From assembly GCA_964505635.1 (NCBI GenBank), contig CAZDIP010000001.1:222412-286411 (forward strand): 64,000 nucleotides of DNA. Reading direction: 5' to 3'. Source of the stretch: an uncultured Candidatus Saccharibacteria bacterium (GTDB lineage Bacteria > Patescibacteriota > Doudnabacteria > UBA920). Positions 63,133-64,000 of this stretch are shown in pieces (positions within the stretch are counted from its first letter, which is position 1; each line of letters begins with the position of its first letter). Made by a program: the position numbers and the translations under genes. The notes beneath the pieces were generated by a model. The model did not search any database. It saw nothing but the letters and a program-made list of their open reading frames with translations, and was not told the DNA's origin.

Positions 63133-63987
63133 TTATTTTGTAAATTTAAAAGTTGAAAGTATTTTTTTCCATTCCAAATGAGGTGGAAAAATTTCACCGT
63201 TAAAATCAGGATTAGTCCAGTCAACACCGTTAGATCTAAAATAAAACCAAAATAAGTCCTGCTTATTGATTAAAAAATACTCATATGAAAGAATTCCTTC
63301 AAATAATCCTGATTGGATAAAATAAAATTTATTTTCACCCAAAGAAATAATCTTAAACATATCTAATGACTTAGGATGAAGTCCGCTCCCATCAAAAATA
63401 ACACTGTCCAAAATTATTTCTTTAAATGATTGATCTGTGGGAATAACCTTATGCCTTACAGTCAAAAACAAGTCGTTATTTGGCTCCAAGCTTAACAAGG
63501 TAATAATTGGCACAGAAGGTTGATTGGAATTTTCCAAATCAATAAATTCTTGATATTTACTTGGGTATTTAAACTCAAACCCCAGTTCCTCATTTCTATA
63601 AGTTTTCCAGTCTTTTACGTCTTTTTCATCCGTCAGATTGGCCATATCTGTCCTATTAATTTCCCAATTTTGCTGAGTTTTACTTTCAAAATCCATTACT
63701 TCAAAACCATAAGTGTCAGTGCCTTCAAGATTGCTTGTTTTAAGCAAAACAAATTGGTTGTTATTAAGCCAAAAGCCGTTGTCAAAGCCGCAAGCCGTGC
63801 CGCAAAACCTAAGCCTGCCTTGTTCCGCTTTTATATTGGAAAACAAAATCACGTAAGAATCCGGCTCCCCAAAACTGCTTAAACATACGCCGCGCTCCCC
63901 ATTCGGGCTATTAGCCAGCACGCCCGGGTAGCCATTAAAAGCTTTTTTACAACTATTTGAGTCTGTAAAAATGGTTTTCCCGGCCAA
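63133..63987 (-). CDS. Hypothetical protein (N-terminus close to the window edge)
   Basis: 284-aa ORF with no motif recognised. Confidence 0.35.
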   Translation of the reverse strand: MAGKTIFTDSNSCKKAFNGYPGVLANSPNGERGVCLSSFGEPDSYVILFSNIKAEQGRLRFCGTACGFDNGFWLNNNQFVLLKTSNLEGTDTYGFEVMDFESKTQQNWEINRTDMANLTDEKDVKDWKTYRNEELGFEFKYPSKYQEFIDLENSNQPSVPIITLLSLEPNNDLFLTVRHKVIPTDQSFKEIILDSVIFDGSGLHPKSLDMFKIISLGENKFYFIQSGLFEGILSYEYFLINKQDLFWFYFRSNGVDWTNPDFNGEIFPPHLEWKKILSTFKFTK

Positions 63988-64000
63988 ATCATATTTTAAA

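Noticed and set aside
1-64000. Alternative genetic code (UGA recoding as in some CPR lineages), CRISPR arrays, rRNA genes.
   Set aside because: ORFs are long and intact under the standard code, and TGA terminates the first gene (ATGA overlap at 1179-1182). I saw no regularly spaced direct repeats and no rRNA-like conserved stretches.

Overview
AT-rich, very gene-dense 64-kb bacterial segment. It uses the standard genetic code: long intact ORFs, and TGA is a stop at 1180-1182. Content is almost entirely housekeeping. Replication and repair: dnaB, dnaE, recR, rarA, HU, two DnaQ-like exonucleases. Translation: L21, L25, L27, L31, L33, S2, EF-Ts, RF1 with PrmC, CysRS, ThrRS, GluRS, def, fmt, map, queA, a YbaK-type deacylase. 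Envelope: GT2, WecA/MraY-like, RodA, MltG, an M23 peptidase, a GT26-Nudix fusion, a type IV pilin-like protein. There are also transporters and about 15 hypothetical proteins. The gene style suggests a CPR/Patescibacteria (Parcubacteria-like) genome, but this is inference only: short proteins, ThrRS without a TGS domain, tandem adenylate kinases, a free-standing LAGLIDADG endonuclease, a VirB2-like membrane protein, and no biosynthetic operons. I found no rRNA, CRISPR array or obvious prophage. The most unusual feature is RNA-level. One promoter-to-terminator unit (30441-31449) contains two nested tRNA loci around rpmG. A complete tRNA-Thr(UGU), bracketed by an 18-bp helix, sits in the anticodon loop of a second, otherwise perfect Thr-type tRNA. 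A complete tRNA-Trp(CCA), bracketed by long-range helices, sits between the 5' and 3' halves of a second Trp-like tRNA. A third tRNA, Thr(GGU), is embedded in the loop of a terminator-like helix. Other items worth follow-up are a roughly 200-nt GC-rich structured element abutting the thrS start, a LAGLIDADG gene overlapping tRNA-Tyr, a His-rich mini membrane protein behind a consensus promoter, six apparently leaderless genes, tandem paralog pairs (adk; exonucleases) and two domain fusions. All calls come from reading the sequence and ORF translations by eye. No database search or folding program was run.
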